Positions 1-9,476 of a stretch of DNA of 27,123 nucleotides are shown here, in pieces (position 1 is the first letter of the stretch; the number at the start of each line of letters is the position of its first letter). The notes under the pieces are model-generated. The model searched no databases. It had not been told where the DNA came from and saw only the letters and a list, made by a program, of their open reading frames with translations. A program made the translations under genes and the position numbers. Location: NCBI GenBank assembly GCA_032161105.1, contig JAVHTD010000030.1. One strand, 5' to 3'. The DNA is from Candidatus Thermosaccharophagus tengchongensis (GTDB lineage: Bacteria; Armatimonadota; Fervidibacteria; Fervidibacterales; Thermosaccharophagaceae).

Positions 1-698
<698 letters not shown>

Positions 699-760
699 TT
701 GGCAGATTTGACATTGCCTTCCCTTTTGCACCTCAAGAGTGACTTGGGCGGCAATCGGCA

Positions 761-2017
761 ATGCGCACACAACACGCTGGCGAACCAATAGCAATCGTCA
801 TTCGTGAATTCCCAATGCATACTGAGCGCTTCGTTTTGCGCGAGCTCTTTGCCATGCTTGAGCTCGGCTTCAAATTGCGCATCTACGCCATGAGGAGGGG
901 CAAAGTGCACAAGGATGATGAGTTGGCACAGCGCGTAGCGCCATATGTCGTTGAGCTTCCGAGCGCGCATTCATTGGCATCACTTTGCTCATTCTCCCGT
1001 CTGCTCAGGTGTGACTTGGGGGTCATTCTCAAACTCTCATCGTTTGTGCTTGTTTCGCCCATAGCCGAGGAAAGCCGCATACCGCTTTGGAGGCGTCTGC
1101 GATGGCTGCGTTGGCACTTAGTCCACCTCGGTAGGGCGTTTTGGTTGGCTTCGGATTTGGAAAGGCATGGCATTGCGCGATGCCATGCGCACTTCGGGCA
1201 TGTAACTGCGAGCATTGCAATGGCTGCAACGATGCTCTCTGGGAGGCTATTCTCATTCACGGCGCACGCATACGACATTTATGCTGAGCCGATTGCCATG
1301 CGAAAAAAGAGCGCCAATGCGCACACAGTCATCACATGCACGAGAGCCAACTTGGAGCACATCAAAAGCGTGTATCCCGAAGCTGCCAACAAAGTCCGTC
1401 TCGTCTATCATGGCTTGTTGCGCACCGAGATAGCCAAGTTTGGTGAGTGTGTTAGGGGAGGGGATGCCCGTCAGCGCCGCTTATTGCTCTTCGTCGGGAG
1501 GCTTGTCCCGAAGAAGGGCGTTGATGTGCTCATCAGAGCATTGGCGAGATTGCGCTGTAAAGCGAGGTGCACCATAGTCGGTGACGGTCCAATGCGCCAA
1601 AGGTTGGAAAGGCTCGCAGTGCAACTTGGTGTGGATGATTGCGTCACATTCATTGGCAGCATTGAGCATACCGATGTTGCCAAGTATTATGCGAGCGCCA
1701 GCGCTTTGGTTGTCCCGAGCATAATCGCAAGGGATGGCGATAGGGATGGCTTACCAAATGTGATCCTTGAGGCTGCCGCCTCATCGTTGCCGATTGTCGC
1801 ATCTAACATAAGCGGCATACCGGAGTTCGTTGAGGATGGCAGGACTGGTCTCCTCGTTCCAGCTGGTGATGAGGAGGTGCTCGCTGAGGCGATTGACAAA
1901 CTGCTTTCAAATGATGAGCTTGCAAAGGCGCTCGCCGATGGGGCTTACAGAAAACTGCTATCGGATTTTGTCGCCGAGGAGAAAGCGCTGGAGCTCGTGA
2001 GGTTGCTTTCAAGCTGA
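761..2017 (+). CDS. GT4 (GT-B) glycosyltransferase, WcaL-like
   Basis: HAHFG, FSFTAHAYDIY, FVGRLVPKKG, DGDRDGLPNVILEA (D/E-x7-E), GIPEFVEDGRTGLLV. Confidence 0.9.
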   Translation: MRTQHAGEPIAIVIREFPMHTERFVLRELFAMLELGFKLRIYAMRRGKVHKDDELAQRVAPYVVELPSAHSLASLCSFSRLLRCDLGVILKLSSFVLVSPIAEESRIPLWRRLRWLRWHLVHLGRAFWLASDLERHGIARCHAHFGHVTASIAMAATMLSGRLFSFTAHAYDIYAEPIAMRKKSANAHTVITCTRANLEHIKSVYPEAANKVRLVYHGLLRTEIAKFGECVRGGDARQRRLLLFVGRLVPKKGVDVLIRALARLRCKARCTIVGDGPMRQRLERLAVQLGVDDCVTFIGSIEHTDVAKYYASASALVVPSIIARDGDRDGLPNVILEAAASSLPIVASNISGIPEFVEDGRTGLLVPAGDEEVLAEAIDKLLSNDELAKALADGAYRKLLSDFVAEEKALELVRLLSS

Positions 2018-2125
2018 TTCAGCACTTCAAAGGTGTGCTCTCGGCGGGAAATGAATCTATCGCAATTGGATGGCTCCGCCGAGCCGAATGATTGAGCCAA
2101 AGCTTGGTTCGGCACAAATCATTTT

Positions 2126-3793
2126 GTGGGGGCGATTGTGGAGATGTCGGATGACGGTGCAACTCTCATTGAGGAAACGAGGGAAGTTGTGGATAGACGG
2201 AGGGGCATTGCAAAGTATGCGGCCGTTGTCAGCGGCTTTAGGGCGCTCAACCCGATACTCGGCATCTTGCGCGAGGTCATTATGGCGCAGCTTCTCGGAG
2301 TCAAAGCTGGCGCTGACATTTACCGCTTCGTCGTTGATAGGGTGCTCGTTGAGCTATACACGAAGGTTGAGAAATTGCTTCAGCCGACATTCCTGCCGCT
2401 GTTTGTTGCGCGCCAGACGCTTGAAAGCGATGCGGCGGCATTTCGCTTTGCGAATGTAATGGGAACATTGCTTGCACTCGTTTTGGCTGCGATAGCATTT
2501 GCGGGCGCACTGTGGGCTGATAAGTTCACCGCCATCATGCTCCATTACCTGCACGAGAATGTTGAGGACTTCCGCCTCGCTGTGCTTGCTTTGCGCTTTG
2601 TGTTTCCGTTCCTCGTCTTCTACTGCCTGTCAAACTTGCTTGAGCTGATCTTGCAATCGTATGCTAACTTCACATTGCCGGCGCTTGCAGAGACGATTCG
2701 GCGCTTGTGCGTCGTGGTTGGCTTTGGAATCGTAGCCTTGATATCTCGCCATCCAACGCAAAGCGAAATTGTCATCACTGCCATACTTGGAGCTATATGC
2801 GGTATCATGCTTAGGTTGCTCGTGCAGCTGCCCGGTCTCAAGGGCAGGGTGAAATACATAAGACCGTCGTTGCAGCTTTCCAACCCCGATTTGATCAAAG
2901 CGGGCATTTTGATGCTCCCGCTAATCGCCGGAGTGCTATTTGCGCTTGCTCGCAGCTGGGGCGAGACGCTGATTGCCGGCAGAATCGGTGAGGGTGTCCT
3001 TGCAGCGCTCGGATACGCGCGCAAGCTGCTTGATCAACCCTGGCAAATAATCGCCTACGCCGTTAGCGTTGTCATATACCCGTTCATATCGGAGCTGAGT
3101 GCGAAGAGGGAACGCAATGAGCTCGCCGAATCACTCCTCAGCGTCTTTCGCATCATGGTTTTCGTTTTCGTCCCAACGACGATCATCATGATGGCGCTTG
3201 GTGGTTCTTTGGCGCGCGGCTTGCTCGGCTTCAAAGGCGAGGACTTAAAGCTCGTCCTATCGGCGCTCCTTTTCTACCTGCCCGGCTTGACCGTCTTTGC
3301 GCTTGAAGAGCCAACTCTAAAGTGGTTCTATGCGCTCGGAAACACGCTTGTCCCGACGCTGCTCGGTATACTTTCAGACTTTGTCTTCTTCGCTGTGCTG
3401 CTAACTGGCGTCTATGCATTTGGGGCTGGCTTGCCGGCATTTGCGCTTGCGCTCGTCATCTCAAAGGCGCTGAAGATGCTCATCGTATATGCCATATTGC
3501 ATTCATGGCTCGGCGGCTTACCGTGGGGCAAGCTGAAGCAATTTGCAATTCACATGGGGATAACATCGCTTGCGCTCTTGCTTTTCATGATGACCATTCA
3601 CATGCTCACGCCACCTTATGAGGCGAGGAGGCTCCTTCACCTTTTAATTGCCGTTGTGGGGAGCCTACTTGGCTATGCCTTTTTCGGCGTCTCTGCATGG
3701 GTGCTGCGCATGCCTGAGGCAATAACCGTCGGTAACTTCCTTTTAGATGCCGCACGCAAGCGCCTTAGAAAGGTATTCGCTCTGTCGCGCTGA
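2126..3793 (+). CDS. MurJ/MviN-family (MOP superfamily) lipid-linked oligosaccharide flippase, divergent
   Basis: About 14 hydrophobic segments; ILGILREVIMAQLLG, TFLPLF, LGYARKLLDQP, FYALGNTLVP match the MviN layout; start could be 2126, 2138 or 2144. Confidence 0.82.
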   Translation: MGAIVEMSDDGATLIEETREVVDRRRGIAKYAAVVSGFRALNPILGILREVIMAQLLGVKAGADIYRFVVDRVLVELYTKVEKLLQPTFLPLFVARQTLESDAAAFRFANVMGTLLALVLAAIAFAGALWADKFTAIMLHYLHENVEDFRLAVLALRFVFPFLVFYCLSNLLELILQSYANFTLPALAETIRRLCVVVGFGIVALISRHPTQSEIVITAILGAICGIMLRLLVQLPGLKGRVKYIRPSLQLSNPDLIKAGILMLPLIAGVLFALARSWGETLIAGRIGEGVLAALGYARKLLDQPWQIIAYAVSVVIYPFISELSAKRERNELAESLLSVFRIMVFVFVPTTIIMMALGGSLARGLLGFKGEDLKLVLSALLFYLPGLTVFALEEPTLKWFYALGNTLVPTLLGILSDFVFFAVLLTGVYAFGAGLPAFALALVISKALKMLIVYAILHSWLGGLPWGKLKQFAIHMGITSLALLLFMMTIHMLTPPYEARRLLHLLIAVVGSLLGYAFFGVSAWVLRMPEAITVGNFLLDAARKRLRKVFALSR

Positions 3794-3844
3794 TGATAGC
3801 TATCTGCCACCACAAGCCAACCCATTTTTGGCGGGACTATTGCC

Positions 3845-5032
3845 ATGCGCCCTTCAATAACACATGTCCTTGAAGCGACGGTTGGCGGCACAAGACGCCA
3901 CTTGATTGACTTGATGCGTCACTTGGACAAAAGGCGCTTTAACCTGTCGGTCATTTGCTCAACGCTGCGTGACAGGCGCTTCGTTCACGATATAGCTCTG
4001 ATGCGCTCCGCAGGGGTGAGGGTCTTTGTCGTTCAAATGGAGAGGCGCATATCACCACATGCCGATTTCATCTCGCTCATCAAAGTGTGCGCGATGCTCA
4101 AGCGCCTGCGCCCGCAAATAGTCCATGCGCACAGCAGCAAGGCTGGTGTGATTGCTCGCCTTGCAGGGCGAATCGTTGGCGTGCCAATTATCATTTATAC
4201 ACCGCATGCATTTGCGTTTTTGATGCACGAGGGCAAGTTCATGCGTAAGGCGCTCATTTGCGCTGAGCGTTTCCTTGCGAAGTTAACCGATGCCATCATC
4301 GCCGTTTCGGATGGCGAGAGGCAGCTCGCCGTTAAGGAGCGCATTGCTCCGCCAAAAAAGATTCACCTGATTGAAAACGGCATTGACTTCTCGCCGTTGA
4401 AGCATCACCCAAAGCATCGCTTGCATTGGCGCAGCAGGTGGGGAATACCAATGAGCGCATCGGTCATCGGGTGCGTCGCTGATTTCAGGATGCAAAAGGG
4501 GCATAGGTATCTCATCGCCGCAATGCCAATGGTGCTCTCTCAGGTGAGGGATGCATACCTTGTGCTTGTCGGGAGAGGCGAACTTGAATGGCAGTTGCGC
4601 TCGCTCGCCGTCAAGATGGGAATTGCCGAGCGCGTCATCTTTGAGGGCGATGTGCGCGACGATTGGTCCGTCTACAGCGCCTTTGATGTCTATGCTCTCG
4701 CGTCGTTGTATGAGGGCATGCCTTACACGCCGATTGAGGCGCTCGCATTCGGCTTGCCCGTCGTGTTGAGCAATGTCGTTGGCAACAGGGATGTGTTTGA
4801 GGCATGCGCAGCTGAGTGCGGTGATGCGTTCATCATCGGCAGGCTCGTTGAGCCAAAGTCCAGTGAGGCTTTGGCGCAAGCCATCGTTTGCCTGCTGCGC
4901 GATTGCGAAATGAGTGCCGAGCAATTGCGCAGCTTGAGGAGGAACGCAGTCATAGCGCGCTTTTCAATTGCGAGGATGGTTGAGCGCACTGAGCAGCTCT
5001 ATGAGGAGTTGCTCTCATGCGTGGTGAAGTGA
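3845..5032 (+). CDS. GT4 glycosyltransferase
   Basis: GGTRRH, IVHAHSSKAG, YTPHAF, IENGID, QKGH, EGMPYTPIEA (E-x7-E). Confidence 0.92.
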   Translation: MRPSITHVLEATVGGTRRHLIDLMRHLDKRRFNLSVICSTLRDRRFVHDIALMRSAGVRVFVVQMERRISPHADFISLIKVCAMLKRLRPQIVHAHSSKAGVIARLAGRIVGVPIIIYTPHAFAFLMHEGKFMRKALICAERFLAKLTDAIIAVSDGERQLAVKERIAPPKKIHLIENGIDFSPLKHHPKHRLHWRSRWGIPMSASVIGCVADFRMQKGHRYLIAAMPMVLSQVRDAYLVLVGRGELEWQLRSLAVKMGIAERVIFEGDVRDDWSVYSAFDVYALASLYEGMPYTPIEALAFGLPVVLSNVVGNRDVFEACAAECGDAFIIGRLVEPKSSEALAQAIVCLLRDCEMSAEQLRSLRRNAVIARFSIARMVERTEQLYEELLSCVVK

Positions 5033-5808
5033 CATTGCGTGCGTCTGGCACAATTGAAGTCCACGACTTGGGAAGGCATGTGCCATACATTGAGTGCCTA
5101 TCGCTTCAGGAACGCTTGCTCAGCTTGCGCTCGCACGACCTTGTGGCAGACAAGCTCCTTTTGCTTGAACATGAGCCGACGATAACGATTGGGCGCAGCG
5201 GCTCGGTTGATGATTTGCTCTGTGCGCCCGATGAGCTCACCCCTCTCGGCATCAAGTTGGTTGAGTGCAATCGTGGTGGCAGGGCTATGCTTCATCTTCC
5301 GGGGCAAGTTGTGGCATACGCCATAGTGCACTTGCGCAAGCGCAAAATTGATGTGATGCAGTTTGTGCGCTCACTTGAGCTTGCCCTAATAAGGGTGCTC
5401 GCAAAGTGGCGCATAAATGCGGCTATGATTGACGCGCATCACGGAGTTTGGGTCTTTACCGATGGCAGGTGGATGAAGCTCGGGTTTGTCGGAATTGCCA
5501 TCAAACGCTGGGTGACGATGCACGGGATCGCTTTGAATGTATCGGTTGACTTGAGCCTGTTTGGCTTGCTCAAGCCGTGCGGGCTTTCTCCATCTTCGGT
5601 CACGGACATGGTCAGCATATTGCAAACTGATGTTGACATTGATGGGGTGAAGCGTGAGCTTGCGCTGCAAGTCGCATCAGCGTTAAATGTCCAGCCGATG
5701 TTTGTCAGCGGTGGCTTTGAAGAGTTGTGCGCCGAAGCGCGCAGCCGGATGGAGGATTGCGAGGCAGCATTTCGGGCAGCTGAGATTTGGCAGCGCAGCT
5801 CTCGGTGA
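5017..5808 (+). CDS. lipB: Octanoyltransferase LipB
   Basis: LLLLEHEPTITIGR, RGG...HLPGQVVAY, catalytic Lys in KLGFVGI, VTMHGIALNV, catalytic Cys in PCGL; overlaps upstream GT4 stop. Confidence 0.93.
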   Translation: MRGEVTLRASGTIEVHDLGRHVPYIECLSLQERLLSLRSHDLVADKLLLLEHEPTITIGRSGSVDDLLCAPDELTPLGIKLVECNRGGRAMLHLPGQVVAYAIVHLRKRKIDVMQFVRSLELALIRVLAKWRINAAMIDAHHGVWVFTDGRWMKLGFVGIAIKRWVTMHGIALNVSVDLSLFGLLKPCGLSPSSVTDMVSILQTDVDIDGVKRELALQVASALNVQPMFVSGGFEELCAEARSRMEDCEAAFRAAEIWQRSSR

Positions 5809-5848
5809 GCAATTGGCAACTCAAATGTGGCGGCGAGGTGGCGAAGCG

Positions 5849-6574
5849 ATGCATTCCGAAGTAAGCGAAGTTGAGAGCAAAGGCGGATGGCACAGCTTTC
5901 TGGTGCTCGTCTATGACCTAACGCTTTTCTCCTTTTGCATCCTGTATTTGCTCTCCGGGTTGAAAGTGCCCATGTCCGAGCAGCTCGCCATGCTTGTTGT
6001 GAGCGTTGTAGCAGCCGTATTGTCGTTTCGCTGGATAAAGTTCGGTGACAGGTTGTTGGATGCGTCATCCCGTTGGCTGTGTGCGCTTGCATGTGCTCTC
6101 ATCTACTGGCAAGCAAGATGGGTTCTTTTGCCCGAGAGCGTTGTCCCGGCGCGTGAGGGTGTGCCTTGGCAGATTCCCTGGGCGAGCTTGATTTTGTGTC
6201 TGCGGGTCATTTTATTCGCATTTGCATTCCCAAGCGCAGTTCGCTCTCCGCTTACAGCGGTCCAATCATCCAGTGAGCCTTCAAGCGCCACAGGCGTTCA
6301 ATCGGTTGAACTTCAAATGCGCTTGGCACTCGTCATCACATGTGCGCTTATTACCTCATATGCCGTTTTTGCGTTCTTGCTTCTCAACGCACGCTATCCG
6401 GCTGACATGCGCATCGGCTACACCATTTCTGTGCTCACAAAGACATGGGAGATGACAGCCCTGCTGCTCATGGGCAGCCATCATCCGACTGGCGTTGTTC
6501 GCCGTGACATAGCCATGTGGGTGCTCGCCATCACAGTTTTGGTGAGGATTGCAATCTGCTCCATTTACAGGTGA
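5849..6574 (+). CDS. Hypothetical integral membrane protein (about 7 TM segments)
   Basis: GAGGTG RBS at 5835-5840 before ATG 5849; alternating hydrophobic stretches; fills the lipB-ribH gap. Confidence 0.7.
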   Translation: MHSEVSEVESKGGWHSFLVLVYDLTLFSFCILYLLSGLKVPMSEQLAMLVVSVVAAVLSFRWIKFGDRLLDASSRWLCALACALIYWQARWVLLPESVVPAREGVPWQIPWASLILCLRVILFAFAFPSAVRSPLTAVQSSSEPSSATGVQSVELQMRLALVITCALITSYAVFAFLLLNARYPADMRIGYTISVLTKTWEMTALLLMGSHHPTGVVRRDIAMWVLAITVLVRIAICSIYR

Positions 6575-6584
6575 GGTGAGTGAG

Positions 6585-7049
6585 ATGGCGCATGAGGTTG
6601 TTGGGCAGTTGCTTGCTGAGGGATTGCGCTTCGGCATCGTTGTCAGCCGATTTAACGAACTCGTGACGAGGCGCCTTTTGAGCGGTGCGCTTGATGCGCT
6701 AAAGAGGCACGGTGCAAGGGATGAGGATATAACCATCGTTTGGGTGCCCGGCTCTTTTGAGATACCGCTAATTGCGCGCAAGCTCGCCGAGGGCGGGAAA
6801 TACAACGCCATCATATGCCTCGGATGCATCATACGGGGTGATACACCCCACTTTGAATATGTGGCATCGGAGACGGCTAAGGGGATTGCACAGGTTGCGT
6901 TGACGACCGGAGTTCCAACCATCTTTGGCGTTGTGACAGCTGACGACCTTCACCAAGCACTTGAGCGTGCCGGCGGCAAACAGGGCAATAGGGGTGCCGA
7001 TGCTGCGTTGGCTGCAATTGAGATGGCAAATGTTTTGCGCTCGCTCTAA
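6585..7049 (+). CDS. ribH: 6,7-dimethyl-8-ribityllumazine synthase
   Basis: [61 protein letters not shown] before ATG 6585. Confidence 0.98.
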   Translation: MAHEVVGQLLAEGLRFGIVVSRFNELVTRRLLSGALDALKRHGARDEDITIVWVPGSFEIPLIARKLAEGGKYNAIICLGCIIRGDTPHFEYVASETAKGIAQVALTTGVPTIFGVVTADDLHQALERAGGKQGNRGADAALAAIEMANVLRSL

Positions 7050-7199
7050 GCCAACGGTGTGAGCGCATCATTCATTGTTGTTCATTTGCTGCTGTGTTGA
7101 GGCTTGTCCATGAAGCAATTTCATTCGCTGGAAAACATATGACGCAAAGCGCCATGAGTGGCTTGCTACGAATTCACCAAAGTGATGGGGTGAAATGCG

Positions 7200-8240
7200 A
7201 TGGTGCCAGTTACAGTTGAAGGTGAGGCGAGGGCGAGGATTGCCATCGCTGGCAACCCATCTGATGGCTACTTTGGCAAGGTGATAGCTTGCACGATAAC
7301 GAATTTCAAAGCGACGGTGCGTGTATGTGAGAGCGATGCCATTGAGCTTGTGATGCACCCAAAGTTTGACCCAACCAAGTTTAAGAGCTTGGATGAGCTT
7401 GAGGCGGTCGCCGTAAGAGATGGCTACTATGGCGGGCTTAGGTTGCTCTTTGCCGGTTGCAAGCGCTTCAGCCAATACTGCCGTGAGCACAACATAAAGC
7501 TGAGGGATGGCGGATTTCGGGTTGAATATGAGACAACGATACCGAGGCAAGTTGGCTTAGGTGGTTCAAGCGCGATCATTGTGGCGCTGTTTCGTGCGCT
7601 GATGAAGTTCTTCAACCTGACGGAGGAGCACATACCCAAGCCGGTGCTCCCCAACATAGTTTTGAGCGTTGAGCGTGACGAGCTTGAGATAACGGCTGGC
7701 TTGCAAGATCGCGTCGCTCAGGTTTACGATGGTTTGGTGTTCATGGATTTCTCTCGTGAGCTGATGGAGCGCTATGGTCATGGGAGATATGAAAACTTGG
7801 ATGTGTCGCTACTTCCGCCGATGTTCATTGCGTGGGTCAGTGTGCCATCGTTTTCCGGCAGGGTGCACAGCGGCTTGCGCTTCCGATACGAGCATGGCGA
7901 TGAGAGCGTCATTGATGCCGTTAGGCAATGGATTGAGATCGCCGAGGAGGCTCGTGAGGCGCTATTGCAGCGTGACTATGAGCGTCTCGGTAAGCTCATG
8001 AATCGCAACTTTGACATCAGGCGCAGCATTCTCGGTGATGAGGCAATCGGCAGGGAGAACATTGAGATGATTGAGCTCGGAAGGAGGCTCGGTGCGCCAA
8101 CGAAGTTCCCCGGCTCGGGTGGTTCGGTCATCGGCATCTACTGGGACGATGAGCACCTTGAGCGCCTGAGGAGGGCATATACCGAAGCAGGTTACTCATT
8201 TGATGTCGTGAAACCCTACACCAATGTTTCAAATCGGTAA
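7200..8240 (+). CDS. GHMP-family kinase, glucuronokinase-like
   Basis: ARIAIAGNPSDGYFGK, GYYGGLRLL, IPRQVGLGGSSA (GHMP motif II), AGLQDRVAQVY, KFPGSGG; these match glucuronokinase-type signatures as I recall them. Confidence 0.8.
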   Translation: MVPVTVEGEARARIAIAGNPSDGYFGKVIACTITNFKATVRVCESDAIELVMHPKFDPTKFKSLDELEAVAVRDGYYGGLRLLFAGCKRFSQYCREHNIKLRDGGFRVEYETTIPRQVGLGGSSAIIVALFRALMKFFNLTEEHIPKPVLPNIVLSVERDELEITAGLQDRVAQVYDGLVFMDFSRELMERYGHGRYENLDVSLLPPMFIAWVSVPSFSGRVHSGLRFRYEHGDESVIDAVRQWIEIAEEAREALLQRDYERLGKLMNRNFDIRRSILGDEAIGRENIEMIELGRRLGAPTKFPGSGGSVIGIYWDDEHLERLRRAYTEAGYSFDVVKPYTNVSNR

Positions 8241-8326
8241 TGGCATGCCTGTGTAGCAGCTTGCGTCATCATGAGGTCGCTCGTTGGCGTCTTCATCATG
8301 TTTCGTTTGAGGGCGCTTAAAGTGAC

Positions 8327-9412
8327 ATGCTCAACCCGACTTGCATGGTGATGAGGATGGCAGCGGTATCATTCCGCATTCGCAAGCTGGCATTCATCGG
8401 CATCGTCATTGCAATGGCGCTTTTGCCCGTCGGGCATGTGGTTGGCAATGAATGGCAATATCATTTTGGGAGAGCCATCTTCCCGATTGCTTCGGTGAGC
8501 GTCACCTTGAAGGATGAGGCATTAGGCAGAGATGTGCCCGTGCGCGTCACCGTGCCGCAGGCTGATGGCAAGCACCCCGTCATAGTTTGGTCGCATGGCG
8601 CATTTGGTTCAAAGGATGGCTATCAGCCGCTTGTCAGCGTATGGGCAAGCAGCGGTTATGTGATAATTCAACCGACGCATTCGGACTCATTAGCTCTTAT
8701 GCCAGTTGAGGAGCGGCGCAAGGTCGTTGAAGCAATCTCGCAGGGGAAGTTCCCGTTCTCAGTCCTCAAGAACTGGAGGGAGCGTGCGAGGGATATTTCT
8801 TTGGTGCTTGACTCGCTTGCGCGGCTTTGCGAACTTGTGCCCGAATTGAAAGGGCGCATGGATGATGGCTGCATCGGCGTTGGCGGGCATTCATTTGGCG
8901 CATTTACAACCCAACTTGTGGCTGGGGCTTCAGCGCGCTTACTGGGCGGTGAACGAGTCATCCTTTCCGACGAGCGTCCAAAGGCTTTTATAGCCATCTC
9001 GCCGACCGGCATTGGTGGTGTTGGCATCGGCGGGTTGTTTGACAAAAGCTCCTTTGAGAATATCAAGCGCCCGATGTTGCTGATTACGGGGAGCAATGAT
9101 TTTGGAAGGGGTTTCCTGCCGGCTGAGTGGCGCAAGGCAGCATTTGAGCTCCTCCCCGAGGGCGATAAATATTTGCTCTGGATTGATGGGGCATATCATG
9201 ACTTCGGTGGGATAAGCGGCATGCCAGCGGCAGCAAGGCAGTGGTTCATGCCGAAGTTTATGGGCAGATACAATGAACGCCACCTTGAGATTGTTCGCAG
9301 CATGACGCTCGCCTTCTGGGATGCGTATTTGAAGGGCGGGGCGGAGGCGAAGGAGTTCATCGCATCTAAGATGATTGAGCGCGCCGGTGGGGTTGAATTA
9401 AGCAAGCGGTGA
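8327..9412 (+). CDS. Alpha/beta hydrolase (dienelactone-hydrolase/PAF-AH-like), probably secreted
   Basis: SHGAFGS oxyanion region, nucleophile elbow GHSFG, acid in ITGSND, His in GAYH; hydrophobic N-terminal signal; start uncertain (8327-8357). Confidence 0.85.
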   Translation: MLNPTCMVMRMAAVSFRIRKLAFIGIVIAMALLPVGHVVGNEWQYHFGRAIFPIASVSVTLKDEALGRDVPVRVTVPQADGKHPVIVWSHGAFGSKDGYQPLVSVWASSGYVIIQPTHSDSLALMPVEERRKVVEAISQGKFPFSVLKNWRERARDISLVLDSLARLCELVPELKGRMDDGCIGVGGHSFGAFTTQLVAGASARLLGGERVILSDERPKAFIAISPTGIGGVGIGGLFDKSSFENIKRPMLLITGSNDFGRGFLPAEWRKAAFELLPEGDKYLLWIDGAYHDFGGISGMPAAARQWFMPKFMGRYNERHLEIVRSMTLAFWDAYLKGGAEAKEFIASKMIERAGGVELSKR

Positions 9413-9476
9413 AATGCAGCGTGCCTTTTGTGCCGTGGTCAAAGAGCCACATGATCACGAACGGGGGTGGTGAGCA

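Noticed and set aside
2040..2113. Two adjacent stems (CTCGGCGG/CCGCCGAG and GCCGAA/TTCGGC) before the flippase gene
   Set aside because: Short GC-rich stems with large loops, no U-tract and no known motif
4283..6092. Long antisense ORFs (4283-4924, 5439-6092) and similar shadow ORFs across the window
   Set aside because: They overlap well-supported genes on the opposite strand and show no recognisable motifs
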